IMG/VR virus record: IMGVR_UViG_3300045988_036789
Location: 1-48,415 of that record
Length of the DNA: 48,415 nucleotides
DNA from: a virus
Direction: 5' to 3' (one strand)
Part shown: one piece after another, positions 35,529 to 42,544 of the stretch
Layout: every line of letters begins with the position of its first letter
Position numbering within the stretch: position 1 is the first letter of the stretch
The notes under the pieces: generated by a model
Database searches by the model: none
What the model was told of the DNA's origin: nothing
Seen by the model: only the letters and a program-made list of their open reading frames with translations
Position numbers and translations under genes: made by a program

Positions 35529-36551
35529 TTATGCGTGTGCTTCCGCACCCGCTTTCAGTAAATCAGTTACCAGTTGCCAGCTTTCCAAAAACAAAGCGGA
35601 ACGGAACGAAGCGAAGTCGTGGACGCAAGAACGGGGGGAGCTCAAGCCCAGCGCACCAGCACCACCGTCGGAAGTGTAGCTGAAACACGAACCCCGGATA
35701 GGCACGGCTTCTTCAAGTTCGCTGTCTGCCCATATTCCGGCTGTTTCGTTCTTCCAATCGTGCGGTACAATTCCCAGCTTGTACGCAATTTCCGGCACGT
35801 CTTCCAACTCTTCCAGCTGCAATTCTGCAATGTGGCAGCCGTCCCAGTCCTTTTCTATCTTTTCTGCGGTTGACATAACCACGCCGCCGTCACTGCTGCC
35901 GTACAGCTTCAATGGCTTTCCGTTTATCTCTGCAACGGTCCAGTCCGGGGCTTCGTCTTTGTAGCCCTCCACTGCTGCGTCATTGTCCTTTGTGTACTCC
36001 ACAACGCCTTTGTGCAGGCGTAAGCCCGTTACAAATTCCCAGAAGTTGCCGCAGATACCGAACACGCCGCCTGCGGTTCCGTCATGTGACCATGTAAGCG
36101 GGTCACACCCGGTCAGTGTTCTTCCGGCGCTGTCGTATACAACGCCCTTTTCCTGCGGGTTGTCTGCATTGCTTCCGTGGTTCGTGTTGCCGCCTATCGT
36201 GTGCCCCAGTTCTTCCGCTTCATGTAGCAGATAGACAAATTCCGTGTTTGTCATAAGGTGCCAGCCCTCACCCTTTCTGGCGCAGGCTGCCGCCGCTTCA
36301 TCAAGTGTGATTGTGTGGCGTGGCTGCTGGTACGGCAGGGACACTGCAACGTCACCGCCCATGCTTTTCATTGTTGTGTTGTGGTACTGTGAAATCAGAA
36401 TTGCCGGAACAATCTTGTTTCTGATTTTGAACATTTCCGGCACGTCCTCCGGGTTGTACGTCCCCGGCTCCATGTAAAACATGGTCATGTAGTTTGGCAG
36501 TCCCAGTCTGTCTTTGACAATGACCGCTTTTTTCTTCACAAATTCTTTCAT
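35529..36551 (-). CDS. DGR target protein 1 (remote; FGE-sulfatase/C-type-lectin-fold variable protein)
   Basis: 340 aa; ARKGEGWHLMTNTEF...ICGNFWEFVTGL...PIRGSCFSYTSDGGAGALGLSSPRSCVHDFASFRSA. The C-terminus carries VR1. Confidence 0.9.
   Translation of the reverse strand: MKEFVKKKAVIVKDRLGLPNYMTMFYMEPGTYNPEDVPEMFKIRNKIVPAILISQYHNTTMKSMGGDVAVSLPYQQPRHTITLDEAAAACARKGEGWHLMTNTEFVYLLHEAEELGHTIGGNTNHGSNADNPQEKGVVYDSAGRTLTGCDPLTWSHDGTAGGVFGICGNFWEFVTGLRLHKGVVEYTKDNDAAVEGYKDEAPDWTVAEINGKPLKLYGSSDGGVVMSTAEKIEKDWDGCHIAELQLEELEDVPEIAYKLGIVPHDWKNETAGIWADSELEEAVPIRGSCFSYTSDGGAGALGLSSPRSCVHDFASFRSALFLESWQLVTDLLKAGAEAHA
35594..35707 (-). repeat. DGR variable repeat VR1
   Basis: 114-nt alignment to the TR has 16 mismatches. 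15 are at TR adenines and 1 is non-adenine (35611). Confidence 0.9.
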
Positions 36552-36654
36552 TTGCGCTTTTCCTCCTTGTATCTGGTATGTTTTATCTTGAATAGCTTTT
36601 CGCTACTATTCACATTTTGACTATTGAAAAACCTTTGCTTTTTTCGCCCAGCGC

Positions 36655-36792
36655 CTATGCTGACCGCTGCTTTTTCTCTTCCGGCTCCGGCTGCTTCACA
36701 GTCACGGTGACTTTTACGCCCTCCCGCTGTGAAATAATCATTGCCAAAGTGTCAAAGAAGCGCTGGGCATTGAATGTTCCTTGCACTTCCAT
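36655..36792 (-). CDS. small hypothetical protein (45 aa, not in the ORF track)
   Basis: Own translation MEVQGTFNAQRFFDTLAMIISQREGVKVTVTVKQPEPEEKKQRSA after GGAGGTGG. Confidence 0.35.
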   Translation of the reverse strand: MEVQGTFNAQRFFDTLAMIISQREGVKVTVTVKQPEPEEKKQRSA

Positions 36793-36804
36793 TCCCGCCA
36801 CCTC

Positions 36805-36966
36805 CTATGCCGTCTGTGGCTGCGGTGTGGTTCTCTGGCGCTCCTGCTGAATACCCAGCATATAGCCCAGAATAAACATTTGATTGTCGCCATTTAACTT
36901 CTGGAACTCCTGTGCGGTCTTCTCAATCATTTCTTTTTTCTTATCTTCCATTGCAACTGCTGCCAT
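36805..36966 (-). CDS. small hypothetical protein (53 aa)
   Basis: Inner start MAAVAMEDKKKEM after AAGGAGGAA. Confidence 0.45.
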   Translation of the reverse strand: MAAVAMEDKKKEMIEKTAQEFQKLNGDNQMFILGYMLGIQQERQRTTPQPQTA

Positions 36967-37060
36967 GCTCGTTTCCTCCTTTTCTGTGTTGTGGTCCTCT
37001 GCTATACTTGAACTGTCAGCCAATGCAGGGCTGGCAATTCATAGCAAAGGGGGTGTTGTT

Positions 37061-37225
37061 ATGGGTTATGTGAAATCTGGAACCGTGCCGGGCAAGGGTG
37101 ACTATATCTGTATCAAATGTAATACCGTAAACCGTGTATACTCTGATAGCCAGACGCTTTTTGTGTGCCCTCGCTGTGGCGGTTCTGATTTTCAAAAGTT
37201 GTGGTCTTCTGGGTCCAGCAAGTAA
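37061..37225 (+). CDS. zinc-ribbon protein (54 aa)
   Basis: MGYVKSGTVPGKGDYICIKCN...CPRCGGSDF after AAGGGGGTG. Confidence 0.5.
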   Translation: MGYVKSGTVPGKGDYICIKCNTVNRVYSDSQTLFVCPRCGGSDFQKLWSSGSSK

Positions 37226-37395
37226 ACCTTGCGCCAGAATGTATGACCGAACCAGCTGAACCAGATAGCAACATATTTTCTCATGTCTTGCAGGTGTTCC
37301 GGGTCTGGTGCGCTTCCAAACTCCGTGTACTGCAAGCGTGGGAAAATTGCTAAAACATAGCGGAAAAAGTGATTATATAGAAATCTCTTTGCCAT
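37192..37395 (-). CDS. hypothetical protein (67 aa), first gene of the leftward early operon
   Basis: Inner start MAKRFLYNHFF after GGAGGTGG; downstream of the leftward promoter. Confidence 0.4.
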   Translation of the reverse strand: MAKRFLYNHFFRYVLAIFPRLQYTEFGSAPDPEHLQDMRKYVAIWFSWFGHTFWRKVYLLDPEDHNF

Positions 37396-37463
37396 CTGCT
37401 GCCACCTCCGTTCTTTTTTGTTCCACCAACTCATTTTATGTTTCTCTGTTGGTTGATAGGCTT

Positions 37464-37492
37464 ATCATAGCATTGTTTTGTTGGTCTGTCAA
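37464..37492 (-). promoter_or_regulatory. leftward early promoter (TTGACA, 17 nt, TATGAT)
   Basis: -35 is the reverse complement of 37487..37492; -10 is the reverse complement of 37464..37469. The palindrome GTTGGTCTGTCAAC (37480..37493) overlaps the -35. Confidence 0.55.
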
Positions 37493-37524
37493 CTCACTTT
37501 TCTATATTTATTCTTATTTTTTGG

Positions 37525-37553
37525 TTGACTAACACATTTTCTTGTTGTATAGT
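37525..37553 (+). promoter_or_regulatory. rightward promoter of the repressor gene (TTGACT, 17 nt, TATAGT)
   Basis: Back-to-back with the leftward promoter; 32 bp separate the two -35 boxes. Confidence 0.55.
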
Positions 37554-37589
37554 GAACACATAAAATAAAAGAAAGGGGGTATCTACTCA

Positions 37590-38078
37590 ATGGAAGTTTA
37601 CGAACGAGTGCGATTATTAAGAAAAGATACTTTGAAAATGAGTATGGAAGCATTTGGAAAACGTCTGGGTGTCAGTCGTGATGTTATTAACAATATTGAA
37701 CATAACCGACTTGCGAAGCCGGACCAGAAATTGTCATTATATAAATTGATATGTAGTGAATTTAATATCAGTGAAGAATGGCTGCTGAATGGCACTGGTG
37801 ATATGTACGCCAGCAATGAAGCTGAATACAGCGCACTTATTGACCGGGTAATGACCGGGCAGAATGAGTTTGCAAAGAACATTTTCAAGACGTTTGCGCT
37901 TTTTGATGAAGCAGACTGGGAAGCGCTGCGGCGTATGATTGATAAATACATAGACGTTGCAGACGCAGAAGACGTGCCGGAAGAAAAGCCATTGTATGAC
38001 GACGTACCGGACACACCGGAAGAATTAGAAAAGCAATGCCCGCCAGCTGATAGCGGCGGCAATAGTGACGTTGGGTAG
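37590..38078 (+). CDS. XRE-family HTH transcriptional regulator (CI-like repressor candidate)
   Basis: RVRLLRKDTLKMSMEAFGKRLGVSRDVINNIEHNR is an HTH_3 pattern. Transcribed divergently from the early operon and upstream of the integrase. Confidence 0.8.
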   Translation: MEVYERVRLLRKDTLKMSMEAFGKRLGVSRDVINNIEHNRLAKPDQKLSLYKLICSEFNISEEWLLNGTGDMYASNEAEYSALIDRVMTGQNEFAKNIFKTFALFDEADWEALRRMIDKYIDVADAEDVPEEKPLYDDVPDTPEELEKQCPPADSGGNSDVG

Positions 38079-38324
38079 TCCCCCTAAAGGGACGCCCAGC
38101 GGTCCCGCTTTACTTTTTAATGATTAGTTGTGTCGTTCCTGTGAAGTTAAGATTGATATACATTGTGTTGTTGCTGCTGTAATAAATAGCAAATATATTA
38201 TGGTTGCTATGATATATGTATTTCTTTTTCATTATCTCCCACGACCTTTCTTTTATCGGAAAAGCTGGGCGCTTTTCAATTATAAAGGTCTGGCAGGTTC
38301 ACAACTACTGTTAAAAATTGGCAA

Positions 38325-38402
38325 TAAAAACACCCGCAGTGCTGGGAACACTCCGGGTGCGGTGCAAAGATATATCATACCAGATACAACATACCGTCTG
38401 CA
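38325..38402 (-). ncRNA. candidate small RNA (~75 nt), antisense to the int upstream region
   Basis: Extended -10 TGATAATAT (reverse complement of 38409..38417). Terminator CCCGGAGTG-7 nt-CACTGCGGG plus TGTTTTTATTG (38357..38322). Contains UUGUAUCUGGUAUG. Confidence 0.3.
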
Positions 38403-38465
38403 CTTATTATATTATCACGGCATGACGGGAAATAAAAGGAAATTGACAAGAATTGTGGTGATATT

Positions 38466-39836
38466 ATGAGGAATAAGAAAATTGCCCCGGCGCTTGTCCG
38501 GGTTGCTCTATATATAAGGGTTTCCGGTGAAGAACAAAAGATAAAAGGCTTGTCACTGGAAGCCCAGCAAGAACGGCTGGAAGCATACGCAAGGGAACGT
38601 GGCTGGGTCATTGTTGGGATTTATATTGACGCCGCAAAGACCGCCAGAAAGAACATTCACAAAAGAACTGAATTTCAACGCATGATGGACAGCGTGAAGC
38701 GTGATGAAGTGGACATTTTGCTTTTTGCCCGCCTTGACCGCTGGTTTCGTTCCGTTGCTGATTATTACAAAGTTATGGAAATATTGCAGGCGCACAACTG
38801 CGACTGGAAGACCACTGATGAAGAGTACGACACGACAACCGCAAACGGGCGTCTGTATATCAATGTGAAGCTGTCCATTGCGCAGAATGAAGCCGACATA
38901 GACGGTGAAAGAATAGACGTGGTGTTTGACAGCAAGATTGCGCACGGCACCGTTGTTTCCGGTTCTGCTCCGTTCGGTTTCCGTGTGAATGAAAAAAAGC
39001 GGCTGGAAGTCGTACCGGAAGACGCAGCCATTGTGCAAGACGCTTTTAATTATTTTGAAAACACAGTTTCCCAGCGGGCTACTGTTCGTTATATCCGGGA
39101 AACATACGGCGTGAACTGGTGTGACGCCACATTTCGGCGTATGCTGAAAGAAAAGCTGTACACTGGCGTGTATGACCGGGGCGGCAGATATAATGACCAA
39201 TTCTGCCCGGCAATCATAAGCAGACAGCAGTTTGACCGTGTGCAAGCGCTTCTGACACGCAATGTGCGTTCCGCTCCATCTGGCAAGGTTTATATTTTCA
39301 CTTCCATTCTGACTTGTGCTGAATGTGGGCACAAACTTGTTGGCTACAAATCCAGTGATTATTTTTATTACCGCTGCAACCAGCATTTCCAGCGTGGGCG
39401 CTGCTCTCATAATCATTCAGCCCGTGAAGACGTTGTGGAACAATGGCTGTTTGAACACTTAGGGGAAGAACTGGAACGCTACCAGCTTGAATGGGACGTG
39501 GAAGCAGCCAAAAAGAAAGCGTCCGTTGCCCGGACTGACAAAGCCGCACTGAAACGGAAGCTGACTAAATTAAAAGAACTGTATGTGAATGACCTTATCG
39601 ACATTGAAGACTATAAAAAGGACTATCAAATATATGTTTCTGCACTGAACCAGATACCGGAACCAGCGCAGGAAGCACCGCCAGACTTTGCAGCTGTGCG
39701 CAGGCTTCTTGATAATAGCTTTAGAACCATTTATGATACTTTGACCCGTGAAGAAAAACGCACGCTTTGGCGTTCGGTCATTAAAGAAATAAGAATTGAC
39801 AATGACCAGAATATCACGGGTGTTGTTTTTGGGTAG
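38466..39836 (+). CDS. int: large serine recombinase (integrase)
   Basis: Resolvase-type N-terminus ALYIRVSGEEQ...LSLEAQ, recombinase domain, Zn-ribbon CAECGHKL...YYRCN, C-terminal coiled coil. Confidence 0.9.
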   Translation: MRNKKIAPALVRVALYIRVSGEEQKIKGLSLEAQQERLEAYARERGWVIVGIYIDAAKTARKNIHKRTEFQRMMDSVKRDEVDILLFARLDRWFRSVADYYKVMEILQAHNCDWKTTDEEYDTTTANGRLYINVKLSIAQNEADIDGERIDVVFDSKIAHGTVVSGSAPFGFRVNEKKRLEVVPEDAAIVQDAFNYFENTVSQRATVRYIRETYGVNWCDATFRRMLKEKLYTGVYDRGGRYNDQFCPAIISRQQFDRVQALLTRNVRSAPSGKVYIFTSILTCAECGHKLVGYKSSDYFYYRCNQHFQRGRCSHNHSAREDVVEQWLFEHLGEELERYQLEWDVEAAKKKASVARTDKAALKRKLTKLKELYVNDLIDIEDYKKDYQIYVSALNQIPEPAQEAPPDFAAVRRLLDNSFRTIYDTLTREEKRTLWRSVIKEIRIDNDQNITGVVFG

Positions 39837-39888
39837 TGTTGTACTAATTGAACACTACCCGTGGGCTGTGTTAAGTTAGTACAAAATA

Positions 39889-39935
39889 AAGAACCCCAGC
39901 AAGGTTGTTGCCTACCGGGGTTCTTCTTTTTATTT
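39889..39935. terminator. bidirectional intrinsic terminator between int and the convergent early genes
   Basis: AAGAACCCC-19 nt-GGGGTTCTT followed by CTTTTTATTTT, with a T-rich tract on the other strand as well. Confidence 0.6.
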
Positions 39936-40115
39936 TGTCTTGTGCAGTTCTGGCGGGTGTTTTCTCCCATCTATCCACCCGGACAGTTTTTGCCCGCACT
40001 CCGGGCAGTTTTCCGGTTGTCCCGTGTAGTCATCAATCCAGTTCCCGCACGTCGGACAAAATACACCCTCCAGCGCTTTGTCTGGGTTCCATATCGCAGG
40101 TTTGCTTTCTTCCAT
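39930..40115 (-). CDS. zinc-ribbon protein (61 aa)
   Basis: Inner start MEESKPAIW; CPTCG...CPECG. Confidence 0.5.
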   Translation of the reverse strand: MEESKPAIWNPDKALEGVFCPTCGNWIDDYTGQPENCPECGQKLSGWIDGRKHPPELHKTK

Positions 40116-40137
40116 CTGCTTTCCCTCCGTATTTACT

Positions 40138-40341
40138 TTATATGATTGTAACATACTTTCTTGCTAATTCCCAAACCGCTTCATAGTCCTGCTGCTCTTT
40201 ATATTCTCTGTTCCATGCTTCCGCTTTTTCCGTCTGCCCTGCTCTTTGCAATGCCTTATTCACTCTTGAAACAAGCATAAACACATTGTCGCCGTAGTAT
40301 TCCGACACTTCGCAAATCGGCTTTTCATTTGTCTGTGCCAT
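40138..40341 (-). CDS. hypothetical protein (67 aa)
   Basis: Inner start MAQTNEKPI after GGAGGGGAAG. Confidence 0.5.
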   Translation of the reverse strand: MAQTNEKPICEVSEYYGDNVFMLVSRVNKALQRAGQTEKAEAWNREYKEQQDYEAVWELARKYVTII

Positions 40342-40357
40342 TTGTCTTCCCCTCCAT

Positions 40358-40840
40358 TCACATTTCCAGTTTTTGCGGGTCAACTGTGTATCTTGTGCCG
40401 TTGTATTCCACTTTCACAAAGTCACCATACATATTCTGCAATGTTCCAGTTATTTTCACTTTTGCCCCTGCTGGTATCGGTTCTTTCTTCTGCGCTGCTG
40501 CCGTCTTCCAGTCTTCGTCCAGTACCTCTTCTTTTGTTGTTGCTGCGTCCGGAACCTCCGGGCGTTCAACCTCTCCAATGCAGTTGTAATAGTCTACTGC
40601 TTCAAGCCAGTTTTCAAAATCAACTGGTTTTTCTCCTGCTTCTTTTACTCTGTAAAATGCTTCTGGACTTCCCTCTGCTCTCACTCTTGCAACTGCAACC
40701 AGTTCTTTTGCTATCCTGTTGCCGCCTTCATAAGCCAGCATTGCTTCTGTTTCGTGACCGTCCCAGCTGAACGGGTCTGAAATTCTCTGTGCTGTGTCCT
40801 TTTCCTTATGTTCCATCATGTCTGACATTTTCCATTCCAT
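40358..40840 (-). CDS. hypothetical protein (160 aa)
   Basis: Inner start MEWKMSDMM after GGAGGT. Confidence 0.5.
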   Translation of the reverse strand: MEWKMSDMMEHKEKDTAQRISDPFSWDGHETEAMLAYEGGNRIAKELVAVARVRAEGSPEAFYRVKEAGEKPVDFENWLEAVDYYNCIGEVERPEVPDAATTKEEVLDEDWKTAAAQKKEPIPAGAKVKITGTLQNMYGDFVKVEYNGTRYTVDPQKLEM

Positions 40841-40958
40841 GTGGTGTACCTCCGTATTGAATTTATATTGACCTTGCCACGTTTTCTTGTTATTATCTAT
40901 ACAAACAGTTTGGGGCTTTGGTGGCAAGCCCGCCGCCCCTCTGTTTTGTCCCTGTCAG

Positions 40959-41105
40959 CTATTCGGCTGACTTTTCTTTTTTCTGGTCTTCTGTAAGTTC
41001 CTTAACCTTTGCTTTTGCTTCGTCAAGGTCTTTGCAGCCGTCCAAAATCATTTCAACCATTTTCAAGATTTTTTCAAACTGTTTATCTGTCATATTGTCT
41101 GCCAT
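40959..41105 (-). CDS. small hypothetical protein (48 aa, not in the ORF track)
   Basis: Own translation MADNMTDKQFEKILKMVEMILDGCKDLDEAKAKVKELTEDQKKEKSAE after AAGGAGAA. First ORF downstream of promoter module C. Confidence 0.4.
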   Translation of the reverse strand: MADNMTDKQFEKILKMVEMILDGCKDLDEAKAKVKELTEDQKKEKSAE

Positions 41106-41163
41106 GTTTTCTCCTTTCCCTTGCCGTATTCGTTAAAGTGTTGTTGCTTCTTTAACTATCTTT

Positions 41164-41192
41164 ATTATATACTTACGGAAGTATAAAGTCAA
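41164..41192 (-). promoter_or_regulatory. promoter module C (TTGACT, 17 nt, TATAAT) with embedded palindromic operator
   Basis: The operator TATACTTACGGAAGTATA at 41168..41185 fills the spacer. Confidence 0.6.
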
Positions 41193-41197
41193 GCGTT

Positions 41198-41461
41198 TTA
41201 TCTAAATTTTTCAATTTTTTCCGGCTCGATTATATTGTAGTGCGGCACACTCTTTGGCATGATATGTGGCTCTACTTCTCCCGTCGCCATTATTTGTGCG
41301 CTTTCTTTTTCCATTTCAATTCTTTTTATCATATCCCGTCCTATTTCCGCACCGCTCCCATCTGGTAGCGTTATTTTGTAGCCCATCTTTGTTTCTTCAA
41401 TTTCTGCGTCAATGTTGTATGTGCGCCCGTTTGTAAGTTCCAAAAATACTTTTGTTATCAC
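41198..41461 (-). CDS. hypothetical protein (87 aa)
   Basis: ORF track. Confidence 0.5.
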   Translation of the reverse strand: MITKVFLELTNGRTYNIDAEIEETKMGYKITLPDGSGAEIGRDMIKRIEMEKESAQIMATGEVEPHIMPKSVPHYNIIEPEKIEKFR

Positions 41462-41820
41462 TCGTTTTCCCTCTCCGTTTTCTCTTTCATATATTCTTCA
41501 ACTCTCCTTTTCGTGTCTGGCGCCATGATTATTCTTGCTTTCCCGCCATCTTCTTTTATTTTGAAATCTTTATATTTTTTCATGCAGCCTGCGCAATATG
41601 GTTGCTGTATGCAACCTTTGCACTCTCTGTGCGCTGGTTCTGTGCTTGCCATTCCTCCCCGCAGTGGTATGACCTCATGTGCAGCAGCAAGGCTTTCTGC
41701 CATTGCCCTTGCCCGTCTTTTTTCTTCTGTCACCCGCTCTGGTTCAGTGTACCAACCCCAGACGCTTTTCCCGGTTGTTTCTGGTGTTCTGTCTATATTT
41801 CCAAAACGTACATTTGCCAT
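41458..41820 (-). CDS. hypothetical Cys-containing protein (120 aa)
   Basis: ORF track; overlapping stop/start with its neighbour. Confidence 0.5.
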   Translation of the reverse strand: MANVRFGNIDRTPETTGKSVWGWYTEPERVTEEKRRARAMAESLAAAHEVIPLRGGMASTEPAHRECKGCIQQPYCAGCMKKYKDFKIKEDGGKARIIMAPDTKRRVEEYMKEKTERENE

Positions 41821-41823
41821 GTG

Positions 41824-42081
41824 CTATTCCTCTTCTTTCTTCCATGTCAGTTCTTCCCCGGTGTCCCGCTGGTACTTCTCTTTCACCGCTTCCACAACAT
41901 AGTTATTCTGCGATGAATAGCCCTGTTCTTTCGCAATCTCTTTTATGCGGGCTTTCATTCCTTTTGGCACCGCAAGTTCCATGCGGTCATAATTATTGTC
42001 ACGGTATTTGTTCTTTGCTGCCGTGGCTGCTGGTCCTCTCGGTATGGTCTTCTTTTCTGTTGTATCTGGCATTTTCTGCAC
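41824..42081 (-). CDS. ribbon-helix-helix (Arc/CopG-like) DNA-binding protein candidate
   Basis: YDRMELAVPKGMKARIKEIAKEQGYSSQNNYVVEAVKEKY fits an RHH beta-alpha-alpha pattern. Abuts operator region B. Confidence 0.5.
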   Translation of the reverse strand: MQKMPDTTEKKTIPRGPAATAAKNKYRDNNYDRMELAVPKGMKARIKEIAKEQGYSSQNNYVVEAVKEKYQRDTGEELTWKKEEE

Positions 42082-42177
42082 CTCCTGTGGTTTTTAATCA
42101 GTATATCACACTTTGTTTTCTTACGGAAGTATACATTTTATACAATCTTACGGAAGTATATTTGTGTATTTTGCCGA

Positions 42178-42206
42178 TTGCTTTTATACTTCCGTAAGTA
42201 TATAAT
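42178..42206 (+). promoter_or_regulatory. promoter module B (TTGCTT, 17 nt, TATAAT) with embedded palindromic operator
   Basis: Operator TATACTTCCGTAAGTATA at 42185..42202. Two further half-sites upstream at 42120..42133 and 42147..42160. Confidence 0.6.
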
Positions 42207-42247
42207 AAAGACAGTTAAGGAAATCAAACACACGGAGGTCAAACGAT

Positions 42248-42544
42248 ATGGGAAAAATCATTTACATGGAAGATAGAATAAACGGGCTGCACTGCTACAC
42301 CCCAGAAATGGGACAGCGCAAGCCAGAAGTCAAAATGGAAGCCAGCCTTTCATATTATGGCAAACATTATTTTGTTGATACCCCGCTTGAATTAAAAGGC
42401 AGGGGCATTACAGAAATTGAAGCCCACTGGATTGATGGTTGCCAGAAGAAAATTGAAAACTGGCGCAGCTACCGGGTCACAAAGGCTGCTTTTGAAAAAT
42501 TAAAAGCGCAATATCCAATTTCAATGGAATGTTGCCTTGACTAA
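42248..42544 (+). CDS. hypothetical protein (98 aa), accessory plus-strand operon
   Basis: RBS ACGGAGGT. Confidence 0.6.
   Translation: MGKIIYMEDRINGLHCYTPEMGQRKPEVKMEASLSYYGKHYFVDTPLELKGRGITEIEAHWIDGCQKKIENWRSYRVTKAAFEKLKAQYPISMECCLD

Noticed and set aside
35533-35552. The hairpin after VR1 could be the transcription terminator of DGR target 1.
   Set aside because: It lies within the last codons of the CDS and has no U-tract. The real terminator is the 12-bp hairpin at 35443..35487.
38553-39416. Minus-strand ORF of 287 aa.
   Set aside because: It is antisense to the serine recombinase gene, which has clear catalytic and zinc-ribbon motifs. This is a shadow ORF.
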